A stretch of DNA of 58,923 bases, taken from NCBI GenBank assembly GCA_900088475.1, contig FLMG01000896.1:1-58923 (forward strand), in the 5' to 3' direction. A program made the position numbers and the translations under genes. This DNA is from Hyphochytrium catenoides (lineage: Eukaryota; Protista; Hyphochytriomycota). Numbering within the stretch: the first letter of the stretch is position 1; the number at the start of each line of letters is the position of its first letter. The notes under the pieces are model-generated. The model saw only the letters and a list, made by a program, of their open reading frames with translations. It was not told the DNA's origin and did no database searches. Positions 1 through 13,301 of the stretch are shown in pieces.

Positions 1-2547
1 CTCTCTCTCTCTCTCTCTCTCTCTCTCCACTTCTAACTCCTCCATTCAAAGGAAGAAATATTCCGTTACCTCACCAGCCGCCGGAATGTCACTTGTCTTA
101 TCACTATATCAGTCGTGCTTTCCACCTTGGATGTCCTGTCATCACAATTCCTTAGGATCGAGCCTTCTCGGATCTTCAAGATTAACAAAGAGGCACCAGC
201 AGCCAATACTTTATACTCTGTACAGATCAATGTTTAATAACGCGATAGAAGAGGGCACCGTGAAGACTTTACCTAATACTATTAAGGAGAACCCCTCTTT
301 GCCTCCTCTTTGATTGGAGAAGGAGGAAACAGAGACAATGAGATGGCTACCCAGCAGAAAGGAAGTGCTCTTATATCCTTACACTTCTAGGTGCAATAAC
401 TAGCTCTGAGCTTGTAGCAAAAAAGAAAGAGGGACCTAGTAGGACGAAGAATAAGAGGCAAGGAAGGTCCCCGCGGAGAAGAAGAATGAGGATCCATCTC
501 CTTCTTGGGGTATCGTCGCCACGCTATCACCACGACGAGGCACTCCTCTCATAAAAAGAAAGTCGGAAGAAGTAAAGCTTCCTAGTGGTAGCACATAAGA
601 CGCATCATTCGCACCAGCCGATCCCCGTTATTACTACCGCCTTGGTACGTACCACCTCTTGATGGAGGGTCATAATAACGAGAAAGTCCTCGGATTAATA
701 TATCAAGAAAGAGCTCTTCGTCCAACGACATTATTGAAGAAGGGCTGCTTTCTATTAGTATGGAACTCCTCAGAGCACTACTAGCGAGCAGCAGCTGCTG
801 CAGCAGCACTGATCTCATCAACAGCAGCTCCTACCACCCACCGCTGCTGCTACGGAGCTGTCGCACTACATACCTGCAATAGCATACTAGCTACTCAGCA
901 GCAGTTTCTTGTGGTGCTGCAATAGTGATGACGGACCAGAGGAAGAAAAAGTTCTTTGTTGTCCGTGGTTTCTAGTAGTAGTGCTGGCGTTGTTAGATAA
1001 CCGGTGAATTATGAGTAGCTGTGGTCATCATCTTCTATGATGATAACAGGTGCATCATCATCATGCTAAGATTATGGAATAATGAAGAAGGCGGCAGGCG
1101 GTGTCCTTCCAACCTCCAACGGCGGCGGCCGCAGATCGTGAGGATGATCAGCAGTTATTTAGGCCTATTAATTTGAAGATGATAGAGGCGGCGGCATGAT
1201 GCTGTTGCCGCAAATCGTACGCACTAACGGAAGATGAAAAAAAGGGTAGGGGCAGCAAGAGTAGGGTGGAGGGAGGCTTCTTATGCTCCTCCTCTTCCTC
1301 CTCGTGCTGATGAGTGGCACACCACCACGTCATAAAGTTGCCATCAGCACGAGGAGGAGGAGGAGGAGCATAAGAACCAACTGGGGTGGTGGTGGTGGTG
1401 GAAGGGGAACACTACTTTTGCTTTCCTCCAGAAAAAAGGTGATGACCGACCGAGGACAGGCAGAAGTAGGAGAAGAGGAACGAAGAACGACGACGAAAGA
1501 AGGCACTTCTATTCAAAGAAAGTAGGACCACGGAACCTGGTAGTTCTATAGAAGAAGAAAGAGATGATGGTCTTCTTCTATCTTCTAATCTGCCAACTAG
1601 AACTACTATCTAGTTCCTAGTAGTCGCAAGAGCAAGAAGAGACGAGAACCAACCCGACCCACCTCCTTTTTTCCTTCTTCTTAGGGCCTGCTGCGGCGCG
1701 TCACCATCATCATCATCGCGCATCATCCAACATCGGCCAGCAGCCAACAGCAGCAAGCAAGGCCACCACGTGGGCCACCACCACCACATTCCTTCCTATT
1801 TTTCATCTTCTGATTGATGATGGTTGATGGACGGAGAAATATCTTCTAAAGTAATAACAGCAGCTTTGGCGGGAGGATGAAAAAGTGCGTCCAAAAAAAA
1901 TTCAACTGAGGGAGGAATCTATGTTGTTGACAGTTCGTACGAACCTGTAATGTGGAACAAGGGATTGTCATCTCAAAGTCCTGGAGATAGTCTGGGCTGT
2001 TTGTTCCTGGGGGACGTCTGGAGATAACCCTTCAGTACCCTCTCCGCCACCACCAAAATTCAAGGGTGACAAACATCATCAGAATGGGAAACGGACCAGG
2101 AAGGTCCAGTTCTTGGAGACTCAAGGGCAGCTTTTGAAAGGCACTTTGAGCAGTGTCTGAGGTTATACAAAGCTCCTTTTTTGCTTTTCTGTTGCCCCTG
2201 GTTGTCAATCTGTAAGCATATTTCCGACGGCGGCCGTATTCTAATTCGCCATTTCAGAAACTGAGACGGGATACGCTTCAGCGGTAAAAGAGCAGCCTGG
2301 AAAACGATTTGAAGAGGCGTAAATCCCGTTCGGCGCAAAATCCCAGAGTACGAATTATCACGCAAATATCTGTGTGGTCCTTGGTCGAAGTGAAAGAGAC
2401 GACAGGGAGGCTGTCGGCTAGTCACCTCGTCAGTTGTTTTTCTTCGCCGTGGCGTGAAGGGTCCAGAACACTTTAGAAGAGGCCTGTCACAGGATTCTGT
2501 GTGTTAGCTCAGAGAAGCTCACCTAACGCGGGAACAAGACTGGGAGA

Positions 2548-4220
2548 ATGGTGGCTGTAGTGAACTCCCAGAAGACTGCCAGCGACCTGTATGGTCTAGT
2601 CCACGACTATCTGGTTTCCGCGGGGCTTAAGAAGACTGCTGCAGCAATGCTCAAGGAGCTGAAGAAGGTGTGGGTGTCCTCAAAGACCCTGACAATTTTG
2701 TCGAGAGAGCTAATGACATTTTCCCAAACTAGGACAAAATTGCCATGAATGAAGAAAAAAGCCTCTTGGAGATTTACACTCAGTATTGCGGCACGAAACA
2801 GAATAGGTAAGGTAGTGTCCTCAGCATTGTTGAACCGCATTTCCATTCATGGAATTGTTAAATAGGGGTAACGGAAACAAGGCCAAAGCCGATACCACTG
2901 AAGAAAGCTCATCTGAAAGCAGCGGCAGTGAATCTGATAAGCCTACCACTGCACTCACTAAGCGGAAGCTACCTAGCCTTACCGAGAATGGGGCTGCCAA
3001 GAAGGCCAAAGTGCGGACTTCTTCATCGTCATCTTCTTCGTCTTCAAGCGAGGATGAGGCTGAAGAAACCACTGTAGTGCAGAAGACAGTCGTCGTAAAG
3101 AAAGTGCGACCGTCAAGCGAAGAATCTTCGTCCTCGTCTTCGTCGTCCTCGTCTTCTTCCGAGGAAGAGGATAGTGATGCGGACAGTAGCTCCAAATCTC
3201 AGAAGAAGAAGCCCACATCTGTGAGCAACAGGTCAAAAAAGACGGAGCCGTCCAAGGCCGAGAGCAGTGACAGCAGTAGTAGCGACAGTGATGCTGACAG
3301 CGAAGAAGGAAAAATGGGCTCCGACAAGGGAAAGAAGGAACAAAAGAAGGATAGCAGTGGTGACTCCAGCAGTGATGACTCTGACAGTGAGAGCGAGGAC
3401 CANNNNNNNNNNNNNNNNNNNNNNNNNNNNNNNNNNNNNNNNNNNNNNNNNNNNNNNNNNNNNNNNNNNNNNNNNNNNNNNNNNNNNNNNNNNNNTCAAA
3501 GGGCAAGAAAGTGGAGCAGCCGCAGGACAGCTCATCGGACAGCTCTGACAGCGATAGCAGTGACTCCTCGGACAGCTCGAGTGACTCTTCTGATAGCTCC
3601 TCTGATGACGATGAAGATAGCCTGGAGGCGAAGAGGAAAAATGAAGAGGCGAAAAGGCTAGAAGCAGCGAAGGCGGCCCTTTCCTGGACTCCCAAGTCAT
3701 CCCCTGTTTCCAGTCAGTCCAAGACCCCGAGAACCCCTGGTCAGGCCTTCAAGCGAGTGGATGAGACCTGGAACGAGGAGGTCAAGGATGATCATCGGCT
3801 CAAAGACAACAGTTGTAAGTGCACTCTGTCAAATGAGGATCTAAAACCTTTGGTGGCATGTTATGTTTGGGTCATGGTGATAGTTGTCTAACGGGTGTAT
3901 GTAGTCTTCTCGCGCTGGCCTCTGGGTCCATTATGCCTTTTTGTAGTAATCCATTCTAGCCATTGTGACCTTTCTGAGACTCTGTGGCTCATCCATCTAT
4001 CCTCTCATACTAATGGACGACTTTTGCATGCCGCATTTGACAATCACTAGATGAGTCCGCCTTCGGTAATGAAGGCTGGGGAGCCAAGGCCAGCGAGATT
4101 TTGTCGAAGGTCAGAGGAAAAGATTTCCGCCACGAGAAGACGAAGAAAAAGCGTGGCTCCTATAAAGGTGGTGCTATAACCATGAGCTCCAACTCCTTCA
4201 AGTATGAGGACAGCGATTAG
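2548..4220 (+). CDS. NOLC1: Nucleolar phosphoprotein, Nopp140/SRP40 family (LisH, Ser/acidic-Lys repeats, SRP40 C-terminal domain); 4 exons, N-gap in exon 3
   Basis: N-terminal LisH-like segment LYGLVHDYLVSAGLKKTAAAMLKE. Long SSSSD/E-rich tract. Last exon (4051-4220) reads ESAFGNEGWGAKASEILSKVRGKDFRHEKTKKKRGSYKGGAITMSSNSFKYEDSD*, the SRP40_C signature. GT-AG introns follow 2667, ~2806 and ~3813. Confidence 0.93.
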
Positions 4221-4381
4221 AAGAGAAAAATAACGAAAGAATGGAAGACTAAGGCGTAAGTTATTACAGTTAACAGAGGATGTATCCTATGCTCATCAGT
4301 TTCTGGAGGATGCTCAACACTTGTCACGTCGCAGAATGAGTAGAGCTTCCGTCAATGCAGCTTTATCCCTGCCAGACTCTT

Positions 4382-6152
4382 TTAGTCGCGCTTAAGGTCG
4401 AAGATCTCACGATGTACGCCATCTTTGTCAATGAGAATGATCTCTACGGCATCTCCAGTGTAGATGTCACGCTAGTAGATTTTGCGCCGCGAAGAAGCGT
4501 GGGGGAAAGCAAGCAAGAGAGAATCGTGAGCGTGAAGCACCAGTCACCGTCATTGGCTGAGGATCATCGCAATAGAGATGAACCGGATTAAAATTGTGGA
4601 GGACAGAGGCTAGCGAGAGGTGCAGATGGATATCCACGACACAGAGAATATAGTTACACAAGAGAGAGAGCGAGAAATTGACAAGGAAAGAAAGTGTGCT
4701 TTGTGAAAAGCATGGCTGTGCTGGCTCTAACCTCCGTCGCAGAAATGAAGCCTTCCTTCATCAGGTTAACCACCTCCTGGGCGGAGTAGTCCCGCTTCGC
4801 ATCCTGTCGATTCTTGTTTCCAATCTACAAGGAGCAATGCAAGAAGCGTAAGACGAATGTGAATGGGGACATCTGTACTGTCTTCTCCCATTTGACGGCG
4901 CCGATCTGCTCCCAGATAACAGGTGTTTCTCCCCTCATTTGTAGGTTCAGTCCTGCCTGTTCTCCTTTCTTTTTCAAGCTTTGTGCCTAGCTCACGCGGC
5001 TGCAACTGGGCGACAGAAGTGGCTTTGCTCTACTGCCTGCACCCACTACCACCATGATCTCCAGTAGTAGCTTACCAGGTTGTCCAAGAGAGGAATCATG
5101 AGCTTTTGTCCAGAGCCCTGTGCAGAGCTCTCTACTCTCTGGTAGGATCCTACGGCATCGTAGTTGTAGACTGCACCCCTGCCTGCAGAGACAAATATCA
5201 GTATCAATTTCCCTATGAATCCAAGCAGGTGCAGTTTCACAGGGAGAAGAGCAGCAGTGGCCGTCTTAAAGGTATAATGAAGCACGAACTTGTTGACGAG
5301 CAGAATGGCGATCGTTGCTCCGGTTTTGTTGACCCACCTTCTTTATCGAGTCCCACAAGGAGATTCAGCGCGTAGTATGGAAAGAATCGTCTGTAGTACA
5401 GAGTGTTTGAAAGGAGTTGCGCCAGAGCCTCTGTGGTTGGTGGCGCACCATGGTTGTGCTCAAACCTGAGTGAGTTAGGAGAAGGGTAATAGTGAGAGTC
5501 TAGACGAGGCTAAACAAAGGAGCTTCTTTCGAATAAGGACATACATTTGGCAGCGAATCTTCATCATGTGCCACAGCTGGGAGACATCGGCATAGCATCC
5601 GGGGCTTGCCATCACCGTCTTACCGGTTCTGAGTGTTAAGTTGGAAGAGATATTATGGTGACTAAAGCGTGCCAGCTTGGTGCAAGGTACCAGTTGGCAA
5701 GAAACTTACAACTGGCACATCTTTGATACTTCTCGACTTAGGATTCTATAGCCTGTGCTTAATCTGGTGTCTGCAGCTACTACGACGAAGTCCTTCCCAG
5801 CCACAGCGAGGGTGGTTCTAGATTTACGAAGGGGTCATTATGGGAACTTTACCAGCACTCGCAATCGTACTAAGAACTTACCCTCCATTGAAGTCATATG
5901 GACTCCATCTGTGCTCTATAAGATGACCATGAGGCCTACAGAACATAATTAGGACGGAAGCCAAAGCGCAACAATGCTTGAGCAGCATCTCGTACTTGTA
6001 CGACTCCGAGAAAGCTTCCGTGTCCACAAAGTCTGCGCCCTCTGATGTGTTGAATTGCAGTCCACTATGCAAGAATGCGGAGTAGATCTGAGGCTCTTGT
6101 AGAATGTTTGATTTAGGTAAGATAGAGCTAATGGTTACCTTATTGACGCCAT
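4382..6152 (-). CDS. PSMB1: 20S proteasome subunit beta type-1 (beta6, yeast PRE7); about 9 exons
   Basis: Spliced translation: MASISGLQF...[43 protein letters not shown]...[42 protein letters not shown]...LMIPLLDNL...[35 protein letters not shown]. Phases are consistent across the GT-AG introns. Confidence 0.96.
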
Positions 6153-7282
6153 CGTGTTACGAGCTGATATCTTCAAATAATAGGTTGCTTGGGCTGCCAG
6201 GGATTGAGAAAATATTTGTCTTCAGACAGAGCTTCGAGCGTTTTGAGATCTCGGATGAAGCTTTGACATTGGATTTCTCTGTGCTTCTTCGCCAGTTTTT
6301 CAAGAGGACTATTGGAAGAACAAAAGATACAACCTGTGTAAGAGGGTCACCCTGTGTAATTCTGAATACAACCTTGGTCCACAAGCTTGATCTTCAAGGG
6401 TCCACGTAACAAGTTATCACATAGCGTTAACAAAATAGTCTAGTTATCACAGGAGCCCGTACGAAATGATTCTCCACCGTTTGATTCTTCATGCCGCTCC
6501 TCATATTTCGCAATAATCTTCAAAATGTAGAATGCCAAAAGAGGCGCAGAATCTGAACCTATCGAGCTGGACTATTTGCAGGCTTTAGGACACCTGCTTT
6601 GGCCTTCGCAAGCTTCTTGAATGCCTCTACTTCAAGCTCTTTCGTCCATCAGCTTCATCCTACTAGTTCAAGCCTAGGCGTGAGTGAATGAGAGAGCTCT
6701 CAAGATGGACTCCTTTCAAGACAACAGTAGGTTGCGGAGTGAGGGCGATCTGAGCAGCTCCTCAGAGTCCTCGTCATATACCCCCTCAAAATCTGATGGG
6801 AAACAATGTAGAAGGGGAAGAAGAACTCAGGCAGTCACGTTTTTCTCTTGAAGAAGGTTAATAAAAGGGAAGCTTGTTTCGGTTCGAGACAGAGTGATAG
6901 ATAAGCTCTCATAGCAAGAAAGTCGTCAGCACCCTCTATCCTCATTGCTCTCATTCTCTCTCCCTTGTCCCGATCCACAAATTTCATAAGCATCCTTTCT
7001 CAGACGCTACGTACGGCCACACGTAGCGTAGCTTCTTCAAGCTAAACACACAGACAATTCTCTCCCTTCTCTCAATTATCAAGTTCCACTCCTGCTCATT
7101 CATGCCGTTACAGCTCTCAACGTACCTTTATGTTGGCCACCGACACAGGAGAGAGACAGGGGTTACAGGCAGAGGGAAGAAAGCAGTGGAACAGCAAAAG
7201 AATCCTGCTGATCGTGCTGTCGATGGGAGATAAAGATGTCAAGGCGCGAGAGACAATGGGACGCCTCCGAGACGCCAGGCAA

Positions 7283-10200
7283 TTAGAGAGCTGCCTCCAG
7301 TTGTTCGATGAGATCTTTCTTCAGCTTCTTAGGAGTTACTCCGCGTTTCTAGTTGTGTTGATTAGCAAAGAGGCAAGAGGAGATAGGCTAGTGAGCACTG
7401 GTAGACGATCAGTGTCGGAGGAGGAGACTTCCAGCCGATCGGCCACAGGAGAGAAGAGAGAGTGCGCGGCGAGAGAGACCATTACCTTCAGTTCCTCTTT
7501 CAGCTGTACGACGGTCAACTTAGCAGGAGTGAGCCTGGGGACTTCAGGGACTTCGGCAGGGGCCACTTCTTCAGTCTCTTTCTCCTCTGCCACTTTCTGG
7601 CTAGTCTCTTCTTGATTCGCAGTCTCGTCAACCTCCTCAGCCGGAGTGCTCTCTTCTGCAAGGGTCCAGACAAAGCAATATGAGGGAGAAATATGGATAC
7701 GGCAGAGTGTAAATGGATGGGGGACAGAGCGAGAGAGAGAGAGAGAGCCAGCGGGGGTAGAGAGAGAGAGAGAGAGAGAGCAAAAAGGCAGAGAGTCAAG
7801 ATTTGAGTTATTTTCTCCTAGACATCGTCTCGCTGGGAATCCCACCTGATGTCTCCTTCATTGGCTCCTGGACTGCATCCCCTGTCTCTTCCTCTTTCTC
7901 GTTCTCCATCTTCATTGGCTCCTGGACTGCATCCCCTGTCTCTTCCTCTTTCTCGTTCTCCACGGCGTTGCCAGGCTCCTGTACTGCTTCTTTCTCTGCT
8001 GCGTCCTCTGCTCAACCACCAGAGGTTAGTATAGGAGAAAGAGTATAACGTTAGCGCATGTACTTGACAGTGATGCATTGGGAGGCCAGGGAACAGGGCT
8101 ACTAAGAAAGCAACAGCTAGATAGTTCGGGAAAGCAGTGAGATTCTGGAAGAGAGCTTGAACGGAGACAGAGAGAAAGAGAGAGAGTTTTCTGGATAGCG
8201 CTAGAGAGAGGACACAAGGGAGCGATAGGAAGACACCACTGACAGAGAGAAGCAATGTGGAGAGCGCAGAGGAGAGAGAAAGACGTGTGATAACTTGGGG
8301 ACAGAGTGGCGGAAAGAGAGAAGGTGAGCAGACAGGAAAGACTCACCCTGCAAGCGTCGTTGTGGAGAACGAGAAGGTGAACGCTTGGCGGTAGGCGAAG
8401 GTGAGCCTTTAGTTGGGGACACAGGCTTCTGTGGAGAAGCTTCTCTCTTCTTCTCCCTGACGGGAGAGCGGGAGACGGAGCGAGCAGGAGAGCGCGACGG
8501 AGAGCGGGATTGTTGCCTTTCTTCTTGTTCCTCTTGCATCTTCTCTGCTTCCTCCTCTTCTGCCCGGTCTCTTCTATCTCTTTCCTCCTCATGTTCCTCT
8601 TGCATTTTCTCGTCCTCCTCCTCTTCGGGCTCTTCTCTTCGCTTTTTCTCTTCCCCTGCGAGTCGTCCGGGCTGCGTCAGGGCTGGACAGCAACTATAAC
8701 GAGAGACGGGATAATGCTTACCTTTCTCTTCTCTATGTGTCGTTCGCTCGGGTACATGCGGGTGCTCCTCACCCTCTTCCATCTCCTCGTCGTCCTCGCC
8801 TCTCCTTTCCCTGGAGCGGCCTCCTTCTTCCCCTTCGTCTTCCATGTCTGCATTACTCTCGCCTCTGCCTCTGAAGCGACCGTTGTTGTTCTCCTCCCTC
8901 CTTTGTTGCTGCAGTTTTTGTCTCTCCTGAAGTCGCTTGGCAGCTAGAAAAGGCATTGCAAGTCAGACCATGACCCCTCTACAGGCTGCGAAAGCGAACC
9001 AGAGAGAGAGAGAAAGAAAGAAAGAAAAAGAGAGAGAGAGAGAAAGAGAAGGAACAAACGCCATGTACAAAGAAGAGAAGAGTAATAAGACTGGGTCTCA
9101 ACAGTCGAACGTACCGTCAGACTCTATCTTCGCAGCATCGCGTTCTTCCTGCTCCAGCTCTCGCAAATGTTCCTCTTTCTGTTGGATCTCCCTCTCGAGC
9201 ACGGAAAGGGCTTCTTCATCTTCCCGGCCTCGAGCCTGCCGTGTAATTCGAGAGCCCGTAAGATAATGGCGAGGGAATAGCTCCAAGGAGAAAAGAAATG
9301 AAAGAGGAAGAGATTGACAAGGCTCCATAGCCTCACCTCTATTGCCTCTTTGACCGCCTCTTGTTGGGCTGCAAGGAGTGTACGCGTGACATCTGTGTGT
9401 CTAGACGGAGCCCAGAAACAGTCGAAAATGTCAGGCGCATAATTGGCAGTTGGAACAGGAGCAAGGAGAACAGAGAAGAAACAGGCAAGTGAGCCGCTAC
9501 ATAGGCAGACATTAGAGGCGGCGGCGATGAGGGCATACTTGGCAAGAGATACAAGCTTGGTTGTTACAAGGATTGGCACCACACAGACAGAACGTTGCAC
9601 GCAGGTCAAGGCAATAATGGGCAGGTGTGAATGAAAGGGAGAGACAGAGAGTGAGAGACGGGCTAGGGAGGAGAAGCAGGGAGGTGAAGAAAGGGACAAT
9701 GACACGATATAGCGAGGAGAAAGAGGATAGTGGAGATAGAGGATTTGAAGGTAGACTGGAAAGACATTAGAGTGTTCGTACTTCGCAGGTAAGTAATAGA
9801 TTGGCGGGTTGGTCACGGTCTTCAAAAAGCCCGAGAGCAGAGAGTTCCTCCGCACCCAGAGAGCGCTCTTCAGCTTTGTTTCGGCGATCTTTTGCTTGGC
9901 TATAAGGATGTCCCGGCGCAGAGTTTCCTGGCGAGCCACGAATATGACGGAAGGGTAGCGCAAGGAGTAGGAGTCAGACCACATTAAAAGAGAGAGAGAG
10001 AGGCAGAGAGAGAGAACCCTAGAATCTATGTCTCCCCCTTGCTCTGCGGGAAAAGCACTCCGTCTTAGGATTCAGAGGAAAGAAGAGGGAGAAACTTGAT
10101 TTCCGGAAGGTAGCTTGTGCGATGCTGAGCATACCTTCTCTCTCTTCTTGAAGACCAGTGTCTTTTCAATGGACTGCAGCCTCTCTCTCTCTTCGCGGTC

Positions 10201-10665
10201 ACGCTTCTCAGCCTGAACAGTACAGGCGTGAGAGCAAGTGAGAAGCAAGCAGGTTGTAGGACCAGAGGAACACGCTGTTTGGAGACAGAGTAGCATCCAA
10301 GAAAGGGTAGCCCGAAGACGACAGGATATCATGTCAATAGTATAACCTTGACAGCGAGAGTAGACGAGGAAGAATAAGAGTAGTGAAGACTTTTGAACTG
10401 AGTAAAGTCGCGTTACCTCCTCCGCCCGGAGCTCTTGCTTCTTGAAAAGCGTTTGATCTTTCTCAATGCGCTGCTTCGCCTTCACCAGATGGCCCATCAA
10501 GGCTCCGAACAATCTGAGAAGAAGAACGATCGTTAGGTAGAGCGCAGGGAAGAGACTGAGCATCATGCAGATGATGGAGCTCTTGAGAAAGGAATGAAAT
10601 CCGCGCAGCAAGCACAGAGTACTAGGTTGAGTTGGGGGAGACAAGTATGAAAGAGAGAGAAGAGG

Positions 10666-10697
<32 letters not shown>

Positions 10698-11447
10698 GAG
10701 GCAGAGAGAGAAACAGGAGAGGTAGAGAGAGAGAGAAGAAAATTAGCAGAAGAGAGGTAAGAGATAGGGCTCAGAGAGAGATAGTGAAATGGCAAAGCGG
10801 TCTCTGAGCATTCTTCTTCACCTTCGATTCCTCTGACCGTCTGCCTTCGGCGTTCCGGTGCGACCTTCTGTCTCTTTTTTCTCCTCTTCTTCCTCTTCTC
10901 TACCCTCTTTGCGAGGACCTAGTCGGCTGCGGATCTACGGAAAGCCCAGCGTGTGACGGAGAAGATTCAATCAGACTCTGGGCAGCGGAAGGTAGGAAGA
11001 CAAAGCAGAGGACAAATGAAAGAAAAAGAGACAAGAGGAAGGAGAGAGCGAGAGAGAGAAAAGGAAAGAGAGAGTGATGTAGGAGGACTGCGATGGAGAA
11101 GCATCAAAAGTTTTGCCTCGGCGATCTTACCTGAGAGAGAAGCCGACGTTTAGGTGCGGGCTGTTCATCTTCTTCTCCTTCTTCCTTTTCCTCATCTCTA
11201 TCTTCTCTTTCTCTCTTGCGATCTTCAAATCCTCTCCTTCGGTCATCATGTTCCATTCCTCTCCGCTCTCCTCTTCCCCTTCGCTCATTAAACTCTCGCC
11301 TGCGGTCAGGGCGGAATCTCTCAGCGCGACTCTCTCTCTGGGCCTCGTCTCGACCCTTCTCCCTGTCGTTCTCGCTGTTAAGCCGACCTGAGGCGCAGGG
11401 AAAAATCAATCTCTTTAGAACCTTGAGTCAGGCGTAACCTCTTTCTG

Positions 11448-11513
<66 letters not shown>

Positions 11514-12142
11514 TCACACACTGTTCTGCCGACGCGCCCTCTGATTGTCCCTCTTTAAGAGTTTCCTACTATAACGTCTTTGCCCATGCTTTAAGGTCAA
11601 AACCATTTCTCTCTTTCTCTATGTGTCTCCATGTATCTGTCTCTCTTGCCTTCCGTCTCTCCCGCCTTCCGTCTCTCCCTTTCAAACACTCTTCTTGGAC
11701 CCTTCTTTGCACCATGTGTTGCTAGCCAGACCCTCACCTCGCGGTGTGAAGCGCTCATCATGATTGGAAAAGGATCTATAGAGTCCGCGACCACCACGCC
11801 CCATATCCCGCGGTGTGTTGCCACCCCTCCCTCCAGGTCCTCTGCCGCCTCTCCCGGCCAGTGGCCCTGTAAGAGAGAAGACCAATACCCTTGAGGATTC
11901 ATCTTGGCTCAGGCCGCCATTGAACTCACGCACGTACCTCCTGCTCTTGGACCTCCTCGACCCCTAGGTGGGCCCCTTAGAGCAGCCTGAGTGATGCAGA
12001 ATTGAGCAGGTTGTAAGCTCTTGCCCATATAGCTTTGGCCTGACATGCGAATTGGAGATAAGGTGTTACGCACCTCCACATCCATGCGCTGCTGCTCTAA
12101 GCTTCTCAGCTCTTGCTGAAGACTTTCCACATCCACATCCAT
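7283..12142 (-). CDS. PNN: Pinin (Pinin/SDK/memA domain) with RS/acidic tail and C-terminal SAP-like motif; multi-exon
   Basis: Exons read MDVDVESLQQELRSLEQQRMDVE, then LFGALMGHLVKAKQRIE, then FLKTVTNPPIYYLPAK|HTDVTRTLL (pinin core), then RSPSRSPARS repeats. The last exons read PAKLTVVQLKEELK|KRGVTPKKLKKDLIEQLEAAL*. Confidence 0.88.
7856..7962. repeat. Two exact in-frame 54-bp tandem repeats (18 aa, ENEKEEETGDAVQEPMK) in a pinin exon
   Basis: The unit cttcattggctcctggactgcatcccctgtctcttcctctttctcgttctcca starts at 7856 and at 7910. A diverged partial third copy follows. Confidence 0.95.
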
Positions 12143-13225
12143 GGTTGTAGACAGCTCCGGATTTTCTAGCTGTCCTATATATCCCCACAAGCGTGACCTA
12201 TGGTCGCTGCTCGTATTAAGGGTAAGAAGGATTAACTACTAGCACAACTCTATATAAAGTATAACAATCGAACAGATACGACCAAAACAGGTGCCAACCC
12301 AGCGAGTCTATAACCCTAATGAAGCTTAATGCCTCCCAAAGCTTGACTAGCCCACTCTACGATCAAGCGATCTAACGGCAAGACAGGAGACGGTAGATCT
12401 CAAGCAGATCTCTATCTGAGGCGCTGGGCAATGATTGATCTCTGTCCGGAAGATCTATCTGAAAGCTTCGCGAAGACTTTGGGTCTGTGGTGCTCCCTTC
12501 GATCCCTTCTAAATTCGGTTATTCGCTTTCCAGCTTGTTAGATTCGTTATCTAACGAAGTTGCCGTTTTAGAAATCGGCACCTCACAATGATATTCTGCT
12601 ATTTGTAGACAAGTACACTACTCCCCTGGGATCCTATTCTTCCCACACACAGCGACCGCTATTTTCGGTAAGACCTCACGAACTGATCGAACACTCCGAA
12701 AAAAACAGAGACAAACATATAATGTTAGGCTTCCTGCAGAATACCCCCTGGTGTAGTGGCCATGGAATGGGGCGCTTGGATCTGTAAAAATGGAGCTCTG
12801 CTGAAGACTCTGACAGAATGTGAAGACTGGATTTTATAAAGATGATTCATCGTCTGCCTCATATATAACGGACGGCTTCCGTGGATAGGGATGAGGGGCA
12901 GGGTAATGGAAGAGATGGGCAAGAAGTATGAAGATGCCGGTACGCAGCTGTATATCCTTGAAACGATGGGTGATAACGTGCGAAGGGAAGGGGTGAGGTC
13001 TAGATCACAAGGTTGACGGACATTGATTGGTTGACCAAGCCGCTGTGCAGCTGTTCGTCAACAGCAGGTGGTTGGTGGTTTCTGCTCGCCGCATATCTCA
13101 TTTTGCTTCTCTGATAAGTCTCTCCTTCCATCGTTACCTAGCTAGCTAATCCAATTGGTCCCTCTTGGAGTTGGCCCTATAGACATCAGTGTCAACCACT
13201 TGAACTTGGCGGTGTGCAAAGAAAA

Positions 13226-13301
13226 CTAGGCAAGACAAAGCTGGTCTCGGGAGTTTAAGCAATAGCTAGGCAAGACAAAGCTGATCTCGGAAGTTTAAGC
13301 A
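13226..13301. repeat. Two near-identical 40-bp tandem repeats (intergenic or 3' UTR)
   Basis: ctaggcaagacaaagctg(g/a)tctcgg(g/a)agtttaagca occurs at 13226 and 13266. Confidence 0.9.

Noticed and set aside
30-821. Long minus-strand pseudo-ORF continuing past the 582-821 ORF
   Set aside because: Reading on in frame gives about 9 stops in roughly 180 further codons, close to random expectation, and no recognisable family.
13226-13301. 40-bp and 28-bp (18076-18131) direct repeats as a possible CRISPR array
   Set aside because: Each has only two adjacent copies with no unique spacers, there are no cas genes, and the context is eukaryotic.
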